DNA of 64,000 nucleotides from Tubiluchus corallicola (Eukaryota; Animalia; Priapulida): positions 1 through 64,000 of the forward strand of contig JAQGDQ010000192.1 of assembly GCA_030141605.1 (NCBI GenBank), in the 5' to 3' direction. Each line of letters starts with the position of its first letter. The first letter of the stretch is position 1. The notes below the pieces were generated by a model that saw only the letters and a program-made list of their open reading frames with translations, ran no database searches and was not told the origin of the DNA. Made by a program: the position numbers and the translations under genes. Positions 14,794 through 29,180 of this stretch are shown one piece after another.

Positions 14794-17024
14794 ATAACAA
14801 GATCGATCATTGCACAGTCAAACGAATGTCAAAAGCTTCAACGTGTGACTCTGCGTGCCTGTTGCATAAGGCGCGCCTCTAGTTTGACTGTTTGAATAAC
14901 TGCTACAAAAACATGCTAAAGTGAACTAAGAGTAGGTAACTGCAGTTAGCGAAAGTAAACCGGTAACAAAATGTATTCTGAAAATTCTCAAACTAATTTT
15001 CTAGGAACAGCATGTCCTTGTCTACTGGTAAAACGAAATGACCTCGTACAAATAAATGTGCGAGTATTATACGCACGGAAATCACAGATTTCAATCAATC
15101 AATCCACGTACCGCTTCTCTCCAAGTCCCAAGCGCCCAATCATCGTCCGCTCATACATACTCTAGACCAGAATAAATAGCCAAACTGACGTAATTAATTT
15201 GTAGCCACTATGTCAACTCACTAGTGAAGCTGTCACAGCCAGTAAGGCCATTATCAGGCTTACATGAATGCAAATTTGAAGCTGTCAAATTTGTCTACTC
15301 TTCAAACCTCGACTTGTCCAACAAATTTAACGAATTCCTCTGCTTCATATTATCGCATCGCATTATTCTGTGTATCATTCAAAGTATAAACAAAATACTT
15401 CTCATCGTGATAAGATTTTGGCGCATCTCATCAAGTACTGACTACTGATCGTAGATCTACTATCCGCCTCGTAAACGATATGAACTCAGCCTTTCATACT
15501 GAACTCTACGGCTGCCACTGGCTTCACCAAAATCTAATAAACAACTGCAAAATTAATCGGGAAAATCTATGAAATGTGGTCAATTTTAGCATTTTTGACG
15601 GCCACCACTTACTGACTAAGATACGGGTTGGTCTGACCGCTTTGACAAATGATCGATTAGGTTGTCTTAAATATGTTGAATTTTGTATCCTCGCTTGACC
15701 ACTTATTCCTCCTCCGTTCATTGAAAACCACGCCTTTGGTTCACGACTTAAAACTCTTTACTTTTTGGTTCATGATCGATTAGCGAACAAACTGATTAAT
15801 CTTTGCCAGTTTCTTTATCCTGCCACGACATTAAACTACGTATGTTAATGTGCATTACAGGAGGTCTAATATGACAAAAAAATTGAAAAATGTCCTTCAA
15901 AATATCGCATTCCTTCCAGAAACTATGTTTCAAGGCAAAAGCAAAATTGTATTAAAAATTAACACAATTTCGAGCAACACTTTACCTTGAAAATTAAGAT
16001 ACGGGTACTAAACAAAAAATAAACATACACACAGAAAAACCCAAATGCGCTCAAAGACTAGCGTAATTAAGGAACCATTTGCAAAAATTGTTTTCGACAA
16101 GACTTTCACAGAACGTTAGTTTAATTTTGACGAAGTCTTTAATTAATATTGGAAATCGTTTAATTAGTAAAAATTAATTAAAAGAAATTAAGACAGGCGC
16201 GCGAAGTGCAAAGAAGGGAAATCACTCAAAAACTGCCTCAGTCAACACAAAAAGAAGCCCAGTTTGCCAGTGAAATAAGAATCGATAGTGTCAGTGTGTA
16301 AGCATGCAAAATGAAGGAGACATGATAAATTGTTGGCTGCATAATTGCTTGTTATGCTTCAGGAGCATTCTTGCTAAGTTGTGGCTCATTACATTAGTAA
16401 ACTATAGAGAATCACTTAATAATCGTCACAGAATATCGGCACTCCCTAAGCTTTTCAATGAAAATCATGCCACAGTTTTGGCGAAGATCTATAACATTCT
16501 GTCCCTACATAATTAACTATTCTTGGGGTGGCAACCAAGATGCATTATTTCTAAAAATGCACACCGTTGAATGCGGTTGAGTGAATCTGAAGGCAGTGTT
16601 CTAACAGGGCATGACTTAGCAGTAACGAGGAAATTACAAATGATGGACTCGCTAACGATCTTTCTAATTAGAAGTAAGATCCGCTGAAGCGATATTAATG
16701 GTGCTTTGCTACGGGATAGCTCACAATCTTAACTTATTGACCCAAACATCTACAGCAGACTGCATGTAATTTTCAGAGCTAATATTTTCAGATATAAAAA
16801 AGGCCTCAAACTCTTCATTACGGACCATAATCCAGACATACATAATTTGTAATGTTTCAATTATACTTACAGAAGAAGAATGGACTATACTCCATAACAA
16901 GAAGTAAAAGAAGTTTATTAAGCGAGTGGACATAATCTTGTGATTGCCTTGCTGATTTATTTACATTTATTACATTCTTATGTCATTCTCATGCGAATCT
17001 GATGTTTCATTCTCATTTTCACGC

Positions 17025-17283
17025 TACATCTTCATGTCCTTTCACTTTTCAAACTTCTCTTTCTACCATAAATTACCTTTTATTCTTGCACCTACACTTT
17101 GCTTTCTGTTTGCTTTATGCGGCCTAACCTACACAAGTTGTCTTCTTGGACAGACCCGATAATTTATTAATCAACTTTATTATTTACATTCTTGTAAATA
17201 ATCTGTATTCTGTAATTATTATCACCATATCTATGTATTATTTTCTTATGGCAAATAGAATAAACTAAATTAAAAACTAAACT
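17025..17283 (+). repeat. LINE-type 3' UTR, copy 2, with AATAAA and (AAACT)n tail
   Basis: Homologous to 14556-14793. The upstream 16300-17000 stretch may be decayed ORF2. Confidence 0.8.
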
Positions 17284-19099
17284 GTAAGTTATACTATAGT
17301 CCAAAAACATAACTCTTATCATTCTACCTACCGAAAAACATCATAGGTATTTCCATTAAAGCCTTAAATGCATACATACATAAGTATATACATATTTATC
17401 ACACATCTGATTTTGTTTAGTGTGTACAGGGCCTATTCTTCAGTGATCTCAGTCACAATTGAGTTATAGAGACTAGAGTAATATTTACGTAAGTTGCAAT
17501 ATTTTGTAAGTGCAAAGTGCAATTATTTCAAACGAAACTTTGCTATAATTCTGCTGATAAAATCCTAGCTCAGTAGATCGGTGAAACCAAGCAGTTTGGC
17601 TGACTGTAACATAACATTTGTTTCCAAGATTATCGAGATTGAATCCAAAAATTACGGCGAATTCCATTATTAGACTAAAAAAAATGGATTGTGCTTGCAG
17701 CTTGTTGCGATTTTTGTCTTCCGGGAACCTTTGCATAAATCATAAACACATCATTTGGCATAAGCTTTTGTGCAGAAAACGGACATATAAACATGAGGCA
17801 TATGGCATCCTCTGCCAATGGAAAACGACACAGACATTTCGCAAAACAACCTATCTTGTTTGCGAATCTGTTAGCGAAGACCGACTTTGACGTTTCCCGA
17901 ATCATTCAGGGGATTAGAGCCACTGGATTAAGTTGCAGAACTTTCTGACGAGATACGATTCTCTTTTCCCGAATGTGCGAGATTAAAACAGGAGACAGGT
18001 TTAGCCTGATCGGGAAGTAGGTTACTTATAGTTTAAAGTGTATATATAGCTGTGGCTGCAAAGGAATCCCTGCATGCATGGTAAAATTACTTCAGTCTAT
18101 ATTTTCTCTTAATTTGATTAACAAAAATACATATTACACAATGTAAAAATGACTTGATGACACTCCATATTTTTTCCACAGATTATTGGTATATTAACTA
18201 ATTAATTAATCAACGGTAAATATTCGGCTTCTTGCTGGTTGCTGCTTAGTTAGTGGGCAAATTAATTCATTGGTTGGCATCAATAACTGACTTGTAAGTA
18301 CGTTTGTTAACTTTGTTTGTTTGCGTGTTTATTGCTTCTTAAACAAATTCTTTATCTCGAAAATGGCGGAAAGCACAGGTGTTTTACATTATATAATAGT
18401 CTATTACGCATCTCATTATCATAATCAGCAAACTACATTTGTTTTACTTTCTCTACTTCATACACACGTTGTTGTACGTCAAGCAGCTCAAATGTCGGTT
18501 AACTTATACAAATTTCGTCGATAAGACGAGAAGAAAACATCGATTTAGAACAGATTCTATATGCAATTTCGCAGAATGCATTGAAAATCCGTAAAACGCT
18601 GAAAATCCAGCCAACTTTGTTTGCAACCCTTGTCTATTCTGTAGTTATGCAGGCCGTCATTGTGTGCATAGAAGCCGAGAATCCCGACAACTCAATTCGA
18701 CTAATGTAATCACTGGCCTCGCAATATTTTCACTCAGACTCAATCCTCCAAATAAAATCCCACGCATGGGTATTATTCGTATTCATATGGGAGCACATAC
18801 ATGAGCAAAACTGCCAATACGGATGATTGTGAGTGTGCGTATCTGATAGCGTATTACCCAAACAGGAAACATCTCCACTACTATAAGCTACAAACATATT
18901 CTTACATTTTAGACACTAGTATAGTCTTCTCTTTATTATGGCTTCTTAATGGCCATTTCGAATACATCTTAGCAGTGAAGAAGCTCCTCCAGGAACACAA
19001 AAATTTATAACCATATAGTTGGTTAGACTAAACGTTTATAAAGCAAATAGGTCAGTTTTAGTTGTCTTTCAAGATCTAGGCCATACAAGTAGACTTTGG

Positions 19100-19372
19100 G
19101 CATGTTTGTTAGTTTCATTTTGCTTCCTTTTTTCTTAATTAGTCATTGTAATGTTCCTTCTAATTTGGTTCTTAATACAACTTCTTAATGTATTTTGTAT
19201 CCCTTATTTTAATGTTGTATACTTATACTTTACGTGTAGTTTTACCTGTAATTTTTATAATTTTTATTATTGTATCTCTACTTAACAGCTGACGAAGACC
19301 GTGAAGGACTAAAGCTCCTGGGAAAATAAAATTTTTGAGACTTAATGGGCACTTGGTCCATAAGATTCGTTA
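19100..19372 (+). mobile_element. Probable Penelope-like element pseudo-LTR remnant with a decayed hammerhead motif
   Basis: T-rich tract, then CTGACGA-agacc-gtgaa-ggac-TAAA-gctcc at 19289-19318, then AATAAA. Confidence 0.45.
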
Positions 19373-20831
19373 AAGCAAAGCACCATTTTTACTGTCAAAT
19401 ACTTAACTATGGACAGCCATCTGTAGCAAAACTGATAAGCCTATACAGAGGAGAATGCTAAAATCCTTAATGTCTGTTTGCAAGCGATACGAGTGTACAG
19501 CAAGCCATGCAGGCTGCGGGCTTCAATCACAGCGATTCAATAAGATGGATTCTGAGAAAGTTGGCGAAGTCTTATCCGCGGAGGCGAAACCAAATGTGAA
19601 GACTGACAGGTTAAGTGCTTTGACAAGTTAGCGAAACTGGCTTCCCAAATTATTATACTTAACGGTTAATGCTATAAATTGCTTAACAAGACACAAATTT
19701 ATATATTCAGTAAACGTATAGTGTAACCTATGATACGTTGGAAGATAGCTTTACCATCTCACTCGTTAAAGCGGCCACTTGTTAAGTTCAGTTTAACAAA
19801 TTAATACGGGAATTTAATACATGATGATGAAACTGAAATTAATGTAACAATAACTACCAGAAAGGAATCAGTTCTGAACTTCTAAAAGCTTTTAAGATTA
19901 AGATCATACAATAATACTTTCTACAACGCTTGTAAAGAGTTTTCTCAGTGGCTTGTTTCGTTTCGTTTTTTTTGTTTTGTTTGTTGTAGCAAAAGATAAA
20001 TAAACGGCAATTCAGAGAAAGACACACTGGTTAATAGGATGAATTTACGATGACCAGTGACCACTCCCGGTACTCATTAGTTACTCAATAAGATTTATAA
20101 TCGATGGATCAAAATACGTAGGATCTATCAGATCTAACCGTTACATAACACAGGTTTAATCCCGAACATCGGCAACTGTTATTTGACGAGATTCCAGAAT
20201 CAAGATCAAGCTTAATTCTAGATCACGGAATCGATGAATCACGATGAAAATGTGCATACAAATTATCAATATAATTCTTTTAAACAGACTAACTTTTAAC
20301 ACCATCGAATCTACAGTACACGTTATGTTTTAATTTTCTACGAAGCTTACCATGGAGTGTATTTTGCTGAAATTTGCAATGGATACAAAATTCTGGGAAT
20401 CTGGTATTTGGAACCTTTACATTTAATTCTAAAATGTAGCAGAAACAAATTCTGTTCCTGAGAGCTTGTTAGACAATTTAACAGCTTGAAGAAGAAATCG
20501 TCGACGAAAAAGTACCCTTACGATGACTAAGTATCCAAGCCCTGTGACGTGAGTATACCGAGAGTGACTCGACCACACGAACCCTTCACCCCTTACCCAT
20601 CTGTTTCTTGGTGTGATTATTTTGTTTTGCCGCGCTAACCCAAACAGCCGCCTAAACCACGTGCAAAAATGTGTGTCGAAAAGAAGAATAAGCTCACAGA
20701 AAGACTGCAACAGGCTGCATCGTAAATGACGCCAGATCGTGAAAAAAGCTAGTAACACTCATCAAATCATGCCATACACACAAGCACTCTGCTAAACCTT
20801 CTGACTTAACAAAATAGCAAACACTCGTGCT

Positions 20832-21329
20832 GTAAAAATCGTGCATTCATGTCTTCTCTTTTTTTCTAATAGCGAAAATTGGAAAAGTTAAGCATCAAGC
20901 TTAAAGCCACGAAACTGTCTGACATAGAATCCTTTAGACCGAGAACCTATTGCACAAGTGATCCTACAAACCTACAACTAATTTTGATCCCAACTTTAAA
21001 GACAAGGACTGTGAAAAAGCTGGAATTCTCTCCGGATTTAAACCAGGGTTCTTCTGCTTGCAAGGCAGACACCATAGACCGTATTCCACAGTGATCAAGG
21101 ATAGTGGCTTGGTGGTTTAAGGTTTCTCCTTTGTAATCAGAAGATCTCTTGTTCAAATCCAGGTTGTATCCCAACTGTCTTTCAAGTTTGGTGTGACAAT
21201 TTATTAAGTGTGAGATGTTCGACAATCTATACCTGATTTTTTTTCGTGGCTTTAAACTTGCAGCTTAACCTTTCCCGTTTTCACTCTATTAGAAGAAAAT
21301 GAGAAGGCATGAATGCACGATTTCTTTAC
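20832..21329. mobile_element. Inverted-repeat element (about 85-bp TIRs) enclosing two divergent tRNA-like sequences
   Basis: 20832-20914 is an imperfect reverse complement of 21242-21329. tRNA-like units lie at about 21021-21095 (-) and about 21099-21172 (+). Confidence 0.8.
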
Positions 21330-24300
21330 GCGTAAGAAAATTACACTAATGAGAGCTAATCAGCAGGCAAAATTTACAAATGAGCTCGGAGCCTAGAGGC
21401 ACGCCACGCAGTAACGATGCAGAGCTTACCTAAATCAATCAAGCATCAAAGAGAAATGAAACCACACAAATTATCCCTGAAGATGGCAGTTTCGGGACAC
21501 ACAAACGCCAGTCAAGTTTAGACTGGCCAAACAGAAAGAGTAAAAACCTCGAGGGGAAAGTGCAAAACCTCGCTGTTTACCGGAAAAGTTCCAAACTGTA
21601 AATTGTAATGCTAGACACCTAAATACCAACATATGAGGTTTCCCTTTTAAAATATTCTCTAATGTAGACAGCACAGTTTCATCGACATTACAAACTACAA
21701 GCAAGTCCTGCTAACAGCTTTGCATTTTACAAGGTTAATTATATCTTCACTTATTTTATTATGTCGTTTACAAATTTTGATGTTCCCCCCGCCCCCAATA
21801 GTGTTCTTTTGCTTAGATTTATATATTTAAAATTACCGTTTATTTTTAATTTTTTTAAACCTATCTGTATGAAAGGGCAGGAAACTAGATGACCCTCTGG
21901 TCCTCCCTGTCCTGCTCCATGATTGCAATTATCTAACATTTAACTAACACTGTTACTATAAGCGATACTGGAGAAAATATATGTTCTATGTTCTCTTACC
22001 AAATGAAAATTTAAGCAAACGATTAACTGTGTACATGCATCCTCTCTGTCTTAAATCTCTTGCACATTCTTTCTGTTGCCCTTTCCCAGGCACTAGCGGC
22101 ACGTCATTTCAATCTTTACATTAAGCTAACTACAGTTAGAAACTGGCTTAATGTTAGTAATTTCTCGAAGCTTAAAACTTCAGGAAAATTGACTCCACGT
22201 GAACCGACTTAGCAAACGCTTAAACCGTTCGGAGTTAACAACTACAGCACATAAAAAGGTCAAAAATATTTTGCTGAGACGCACCATTTATACACGACGC
22301 TTTCTATACCTTTACATCTATCTGACATTCTCTTTTGAATATAAAAAACGCAAAGCTTTTAGTGAGCGAAAATGCGGGGAAATCGATGTGGTCTCTGCCG
22401 TAACGAGTGTGTGCAGGGTTTCATATAGCGCCTAGCAACCTAAAATGAAGCTGTTGATAATTTTCAATTAGAATTCCAATGTATAACATGTACAGCATCA
22501 CATTTTACACCTACGTGAGGCAGACACAGCACTGAAGATGTTATAAATTTATTAATCAATAGCTACGAATACAGCAGGCCTATATGGAAATTTAACAAGA
22601 ATTAAATAAATACACAAAGAAAAAAATTGTAAATCAATAAAATGAGGACATCCAGTTAAACAGCTGCCCCATTTTTTCCACGGGACGTTTTTCGATCTTC
22701 TGCATGGGCACAAAAGTTACCGCGTGGTGCGTATCTTTTTGACGGGGTATTTGGCAAACTGCTAATAGCAGACTTGTGATCTTAAAAACGATGCAGTTTT
22801 ATGACCTCAATGCGGGTCCTCTAGAACTGCACAAACCGCACTCTAGCAAAAGGGTTGACAAATAACACGAAAAAGAGAGATAACTCTCCAATGAAAACAT
22901 AAAATCGCTCTTTGCATCACACTCCAAATTTTCCAAAAAGCAGCAGTTTATTGTCCATTATGAAGTACAAACAGAATTATCAAACTTTTACTTTAGAAAG
23001 AAATTTATGCAAGCCTGGAATTAAACGCGTCAAGCACACAAAATATTCAACGATTTTTGTTCACAAGTAACGTTGGTTTCCATGAAGTCCGAGTCCAACA
23101 TCATAATTACCGAAAGATGCATTCATGTAGCGGTAGCAATAACTTGTACTGGTGTATCAAAATTTCTTGGAACCTTATACCGATAGCTTACCAAAATTCA
23201 GATCAAAGCTTATAAAACTGTAAGCAAAACGAGCAAAGCACAGTTTACTTTTCAAATTCGGGACTGCAAATTCACACAAATAGGTACACAACACACAACT
23301 TTTACACATTTATAAAGGCGACCTAAACAATAATCCGTACAAAAATAAAAAATAACAAATAATTCATAATTTTATAATTCGTTTTATAATTCTGCAAATA
23401 AAAAAATAAATATTGTAGTAATCCTTTGAAATTATTGTTTGATTACAAGTGGGATTATAAAAATAAAAAAAAACTGCAAAAGCTTATAGATTTGCGAAAC
23501 GTTGTTGCCACGCCTAATGCAATTCCTCAGTTTGAAGCATTTGGGAGATGATGCACAAAGTCTGAGAATGTAACACCTATAAGATAAAACCAGTTTGCTA
23601 ATTTTATTCCTTTAATGTGCATTAGCAGCTTATCGCCTTTCAGTATTATTTACAAACTAACCCATTTTTTGATGTTATTTGAAATCGCACTTTAACGTCC
23701 TTGAATACCGGAAATCAGATTAAATGATTCCAGTTCCCGCTCTCATCAAGTTGTTAGGCAGCATGATTAGCAGACAGGAGTATCTTGTTTAACTTTCAAG
23801 CGTTTCGTTTGATCAACCACAACATTGTGAAAATGTAATTTTATTTACAAGTTTACCAGAGGGGCAACAGGACAATACAAGTTACATACAACGTCTAATC
23901 AAAGACTGAAAAATGCTAAAATTCTACTTGTTGACCCAATGATGAAATTTGTTTTATGCACAAACGAGTACAACTTATTCTGGAAGAAATTTCCAGGTCA
24001 CGCAAAATATCTAAATTGTCTAAACTAAGAAGAAGGGTTTCATATAGATACTGCACTGACCTCGGAATGACAGAGTTCCAAAAGCGTTTTCAAGATTAAA
24101 TCTATCTTATCACATAGTGTCTAATTTGGATAAACACGATTGGATAAACGCCAGTGTACGCATCACAGTTATACTAAACGGTTATGCAATCATATTATTT
24201 GGATGCTTGATTAGTTCAGTTCTAACTTCCTGTACATAACACAATCATATAAGTTTTCGATCCCAACATACACGACCCAACGTTGAGCAAACACACTGCA

Positions 24301-25633
24301 GCTATTTCAAATTCAGCTGAGCAATCTTTCCCATGATTTACTTTAGAAAATTTTAAGTTTTTATTCGCTCATTGGAAAAGATGAATACGAGATCGAAATC
24401 TTGTTTTTCAAGGAACTGACGCTCATGTTGAGCGGGCCTGGCGGACAGACATCGTGCATTGAGAAGAGTAAAACAACAAAACTTTGCGATTATGCAAGCT
24501 CCACGTGTTACTTTCTTGCTTACGCTTTCAAAAATCTGAGAAAGAAGACTGCCAATGATTGCGTTGCAATGCAGGCAAAGTTGCTAAACGTTCGCCAAGT
24601 AAGCGACACCATCAGAATTTTAGTTAGTCCACTTCTCAGCTGCAAAAACTGCGCTTGCAAATCGAAAGGAAACAAAAATAGTGAAATAATTACAAAATCT
24701 CGCTCTTCTTTACAGAGATCGTAACAATAAATTAAAATTTCTGGGCAGTGGGCACGCTCCTACAGCTGCAGACTTTTTTCATACATGATGACGACTGCAA
24801 ATGAATACATACATGTAAAAACTGTGACTAATGCAACCAGGGAAAGCTAACCGTCACGGTTCTGTACGCCTGGTAGTAATTCACAAGACTCAACACAGAA
24901 AACTCGAGTCTTCGCAAGCCAGAAAAAACCAAAAACGTTTGACATATTGCTAAGTAAAAGTTTTTATAGTAAATACAATGTTTATTAAAAACCAATTTTT
25001 GTACAATACCACATACCTATTCAACGTATTATGGTTTCACGAGTCAATTCGACTAACCCAATTCTTCAGATCGTGAACCTATCTTCGCCCAAGTAAGGGG
25101 GGTCATTCGAGGGTTTTCACTAGGGTCTCGGTGAGAAACCCAAAAGTTACTACACAGTTCACAATTTGATACATGAAACTGGTGAAATGAATTACAAAAC
25201 ACAGTTAGAAGCTACTGCATATCATTTGCTAAAAATATTAAAATCAGTCAACATTAATTCAAAATTATTTGACTAACAGGCAGCAAAGAGTTAAATTAGA
25301 TAAAAGACTGGTACTGTAAAGAAAAAATGTCCCACAACTCCACAAGGTACATTACTTGGCCACCTTGCCGAAAGAACTTTTTGATGCAAGTTTATCAAAC
25401 TTTAATACAAAATTAAAAGAAAAGTTCTCAACCAAATTTGAATGCCCTAACTACCAAATATTTATATGCAAAGTAACTACATTTATTTGCGCCCATAATC
25501 GGCAAAATCAAAATTTTTTACTTAATAATTCCAACATAATTTCATTGTATAATGTGTGTAAAAATAAATGTAAAATAATATAAATATAAAATGATTTGTT
25601 TAGTATCTGTATGTAGTATATGTTATTGTCACT

Positions 25634-25658
25634 GCGTGCGTGCGTGCGTGCGTGTGTG
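25634..25658. repeat. (GCGT)n/(GT)n microsatellite
   Basis: tgcgtgcgtgcgtgcgtgcgtgtgtgt. Confidence 0.9.
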
Positions 25659-27020
25659 TCTAGCGTTAGCGTTGCATCCGACGCATTTGTCATGTGACAG
25701 TTTTATACATTGATAGCTACCACAAACAGATGTATAACGTTTGTGATGTTCAATTTATTATCAGACAAATAAAGATTTATGTATGTATATAAATCCCATA
25801 TTGTCTACACTTCACAGTATGCACCTAAAGCACTGTTAGTGTTTTCATACACAAGATGCAACTTTTCGAAAAGCTACATATTTCAAGTTAAACTATAAGT
25901 TCCCGAATCTAATTACAGGGCATAGAAGTTCTTTTTAAAAGTTCGGCTGCGCAACAACTTCCTTTGGTTTTCATGGTCCTTGCATATTTCCTGCTTGTTT
26001 ACATACAGATTCAAGGAGAACCAGAATAAAGACGTCTTGGCATGTCGCTAATCTAGGACAGCCGGACGGGTTTTGTTACTAAGTCATACCAAAAGGCCGT
26101 ACAGACTAATTATTGTTTAAGACCGGGTACTTCCTCTAATATCAATTAACCGAACACAAACAGGCACGCTGTTATTTGTTTGAGTGAAAACACGCAGGCC
26201 TGTAAAACATTCCGGCTTTACGCCTTCCCTTATAATTTTCTTGTTAATAATAAACTAGCTCTATTTAACTTGTCGTTAAGAAATAAACTTGCATTGAATA
26301 AAATATATAGGACACGTGTAGTTTCTTCATTGTATGCTATTACTACACTGCGATTTAAATTTATTCTTGCTAGACAGCATTGCTATTTTGACATTCTGTT
26401 GTTTCATCATGGGCCTCACCATTAATACTCGATTTCAAAAATAGCTGGTGTAGAACCCGTATTAATATAATACTAGATCGAGACCTTTCTTTTGATATAT
26501 AGATCACCGCAAATGGTGCCCTCGTCCGGGCTGTAGCCTCGAATCTTATATATATACCAAGAATATTAATATAAGAGATTTTTACTTTACCAGCATTATA
26601 ATATAATGCATAGTGAAGAAAGCGCCAAAACTCCTACCTTAACACTTAGTAAAAACTAAGATTTTGTGACGCCTAATATCTCAAGTGATTAAAGGTGCAA
26701 AATGGAGTTACGAAAGGACAAGACTGCAGCAGGATATCTAACATTTTCGAGATAAAACGGGCAAGAATAGGTATTTTTCTTTTAGTCAACTGGCACAGAA
26801 TAAGCCAAGCCCACAAGATACGTAATGGCTTGAGAGGTCTGGTCTGCAAGACAGAAAGGGCAACTTGGCAACTATATAGTGTTTATAACATAAATGTATG
26901 ATACGTAAAGGTCCTTAAGGTACAGCTTGTCAAGTGTTGGTCAGAAAAAGGCAAAGAAAATTGCAATACTTCAAATCCGTCAAATGTTCTGGGTATGCAA
27001 TACATACAAGGTGATGATTC

Positions 27021-27730
27021 CATTCCACGCTTGGAACATATTCAGTTAATTCAGCATACAAGGAACACAAAAATGACGCTACGTTTTCCTCGCTACTGCA
27101 GTCTTATGCTTACTCCACCGAGGGTTTCTTGTCAAAAACCAAATTGCAGTTAATCTGAATATGATCATTGTTTTCATATATTACGTTTCTTTTTCAACTT
27201 TTTTCTCTCTTTCTTTGATTTCTTTCAACTAACTGCTACATTGCTCTTCCTTATTCCCTAATATAATAATGTAGGGAACAAATGTAGTGTCATTTTTGTG
27301 TATCTGGTGTGCTGAATTAATTGAATATATTCCATGGGAGGAATACAGTGGTACACAAAAAAACGCTACGTTTTACTCACTACTGTAGTTAATCTGAACA
27401 TACGCATCGTTTTCATATATTATGTTTCTTCTTCGATTTTTTTCTCTCTGACTTCTTTCAACTAACTGCTACATAACTCTTCGTTATTCCCTTCTCTCAA
27501 AGGTTTTCTTTTCCCAATTTTCATTCTTCCTTATTTATTTCACACTTCATGGAAACTTAACAAAGCCCCTTCATAGTTACCATGCAGCAAACTTCAATAG
27601 CATAGTATGTTTTAATGTATCACAGCTGTACACTAGTTAAATTTACGTTTTAGTTTTGTTCTTTTCGATTACACAGTAATAATTTGTAATTGTAATTTGC
27701 TGGTAAAATAAACTGAATTTGAATTTGAAA
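27021..27730 (+). repeat. Rearranged LINE-like 3' end with internal direct and inverted duplications
   Basis: 27065-27258 is repeated at 27353-27490, and 27021-27096 is inverted at 27271-27344. The region ends in AATAAA plus a (TTTGAA)-type tail at about 27707-27730. Confidence 0.65.
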
Positions 27731-28949
27731 AACTAATTTCTCTGATAAATTAAAAAGCTCGAAGATAACCTCGTTCGCATTAAACACAGGCCAATCTGAC
27801 CACAGCAATTAGTAATAGCAAGATATGGTGATAATTTGCACAGTCCTAAGTTGCTTAGCCAGCTTATGCTCAAATAGTAATTAATTTACAGCAGAATCCT
27901 GCAAAGCTACTTCGTCCTAGCAAACACAAAGCGTTACCCAAAACGCCCATTAGACATCCGTGACTAGAGAAAGACAGTCGCCAAATTACTTTCATTGAAT
28001 AAAATGAGCCTAACAAAAACAAAACTAGGGAGCGCAACGAGAAGGTATCTACCGCAAAATAATTATAATTCACAGTCGTACGGGAACTGGAAAAATAAAC
28101 TATCCAAGTAGAAATAAATAATCAAACCGATTTTTAAAACGTAATGTTAACAGAACTTTTCAAACTTCGAAAGCACAAACAACATTTTTCTATAGCGCAC
28201 TGTAACGTGTTATTACTGTTTAATCGCTGTATAATTATTACGTTATATGGACGCCATTTTTGTTTGACTTTGATTTTATGTAAGCCGTGCACAGAGATTA
28301 TACCCGCTGACTGGCGGTTAATAAATTAATAATTATTAATAATATTTGATGATATAAAACTATTAAACCCTGGCCATGCAAACACTGTGACATGTGAAGC
28401 TTTTTATATTTGCTTTACAGAGCTCTGTTATTACCACAGTGAAACACATAATCAATTAACGATTGCACACAAATCCAATCTGATGTACAATTGCTCTCAG
28501 AGGCTTAACAAAATTTCAATCAGCGTAGCCAGCTAATGTAACGGGCGAGAAATTTCCAATTTCCTTCCATGCACGACACGTAGGCTTCAATCAATGAGAG
28601 AAAAAATCAGCACGCACATGAATCATGTACTACTACAAATGAACAATGTTTTAGGCAGTCACCTAGCCAGCCAGTTGGGCAGTCATGTAATAAATCACTC
28701 AATCTATCATGCCAAAAAAAGGGAAACCTAGAACTCGCAGGAATTACACACATTGTAGGAATTTCTACAAACATCACGGAAAACCTGTGCGAAGTGCGAA
28801 TGAATTAGTACGATGATTTTACTATTATTATTAATATTATTATTAATATATTATTGTTATTTTTATTATTTAGTTTTAAAAAACTATATACATTACAGAT
28901 TCCTTCTATTTGCAGGAACATATTTTAAGATTGTTAGAAGCATTAGCGG

Positions 28950-29180
28950 AGATTTAAATACATACAAAGGTTGATAGGCATACTTATACTGGCACACATT
29001 TTAATATCTTCCATCACGAAGTCTTTCCATCAAAAACTCTGTGTCTGTCTTCATATGTCTTCTGCTTTCTTGCATATACTTTCAATGTTTTTTTCATACT
29101 TTCTTCACATACCCGGGATGCTTTACACAAGTACATTTACTTCTCGGGTACCTCAGACTTGGTGTTTTAAGGTTCTGAAT
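28950..29180 (-). mobile_element. Highly decayed LINE RT C-terminal remnant
   Basis: VKHPG followed, after a frameshift, by YEKNIESICKKA resembles VKYLG...FxxHIxxICKKA. Confidence 0.3.
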
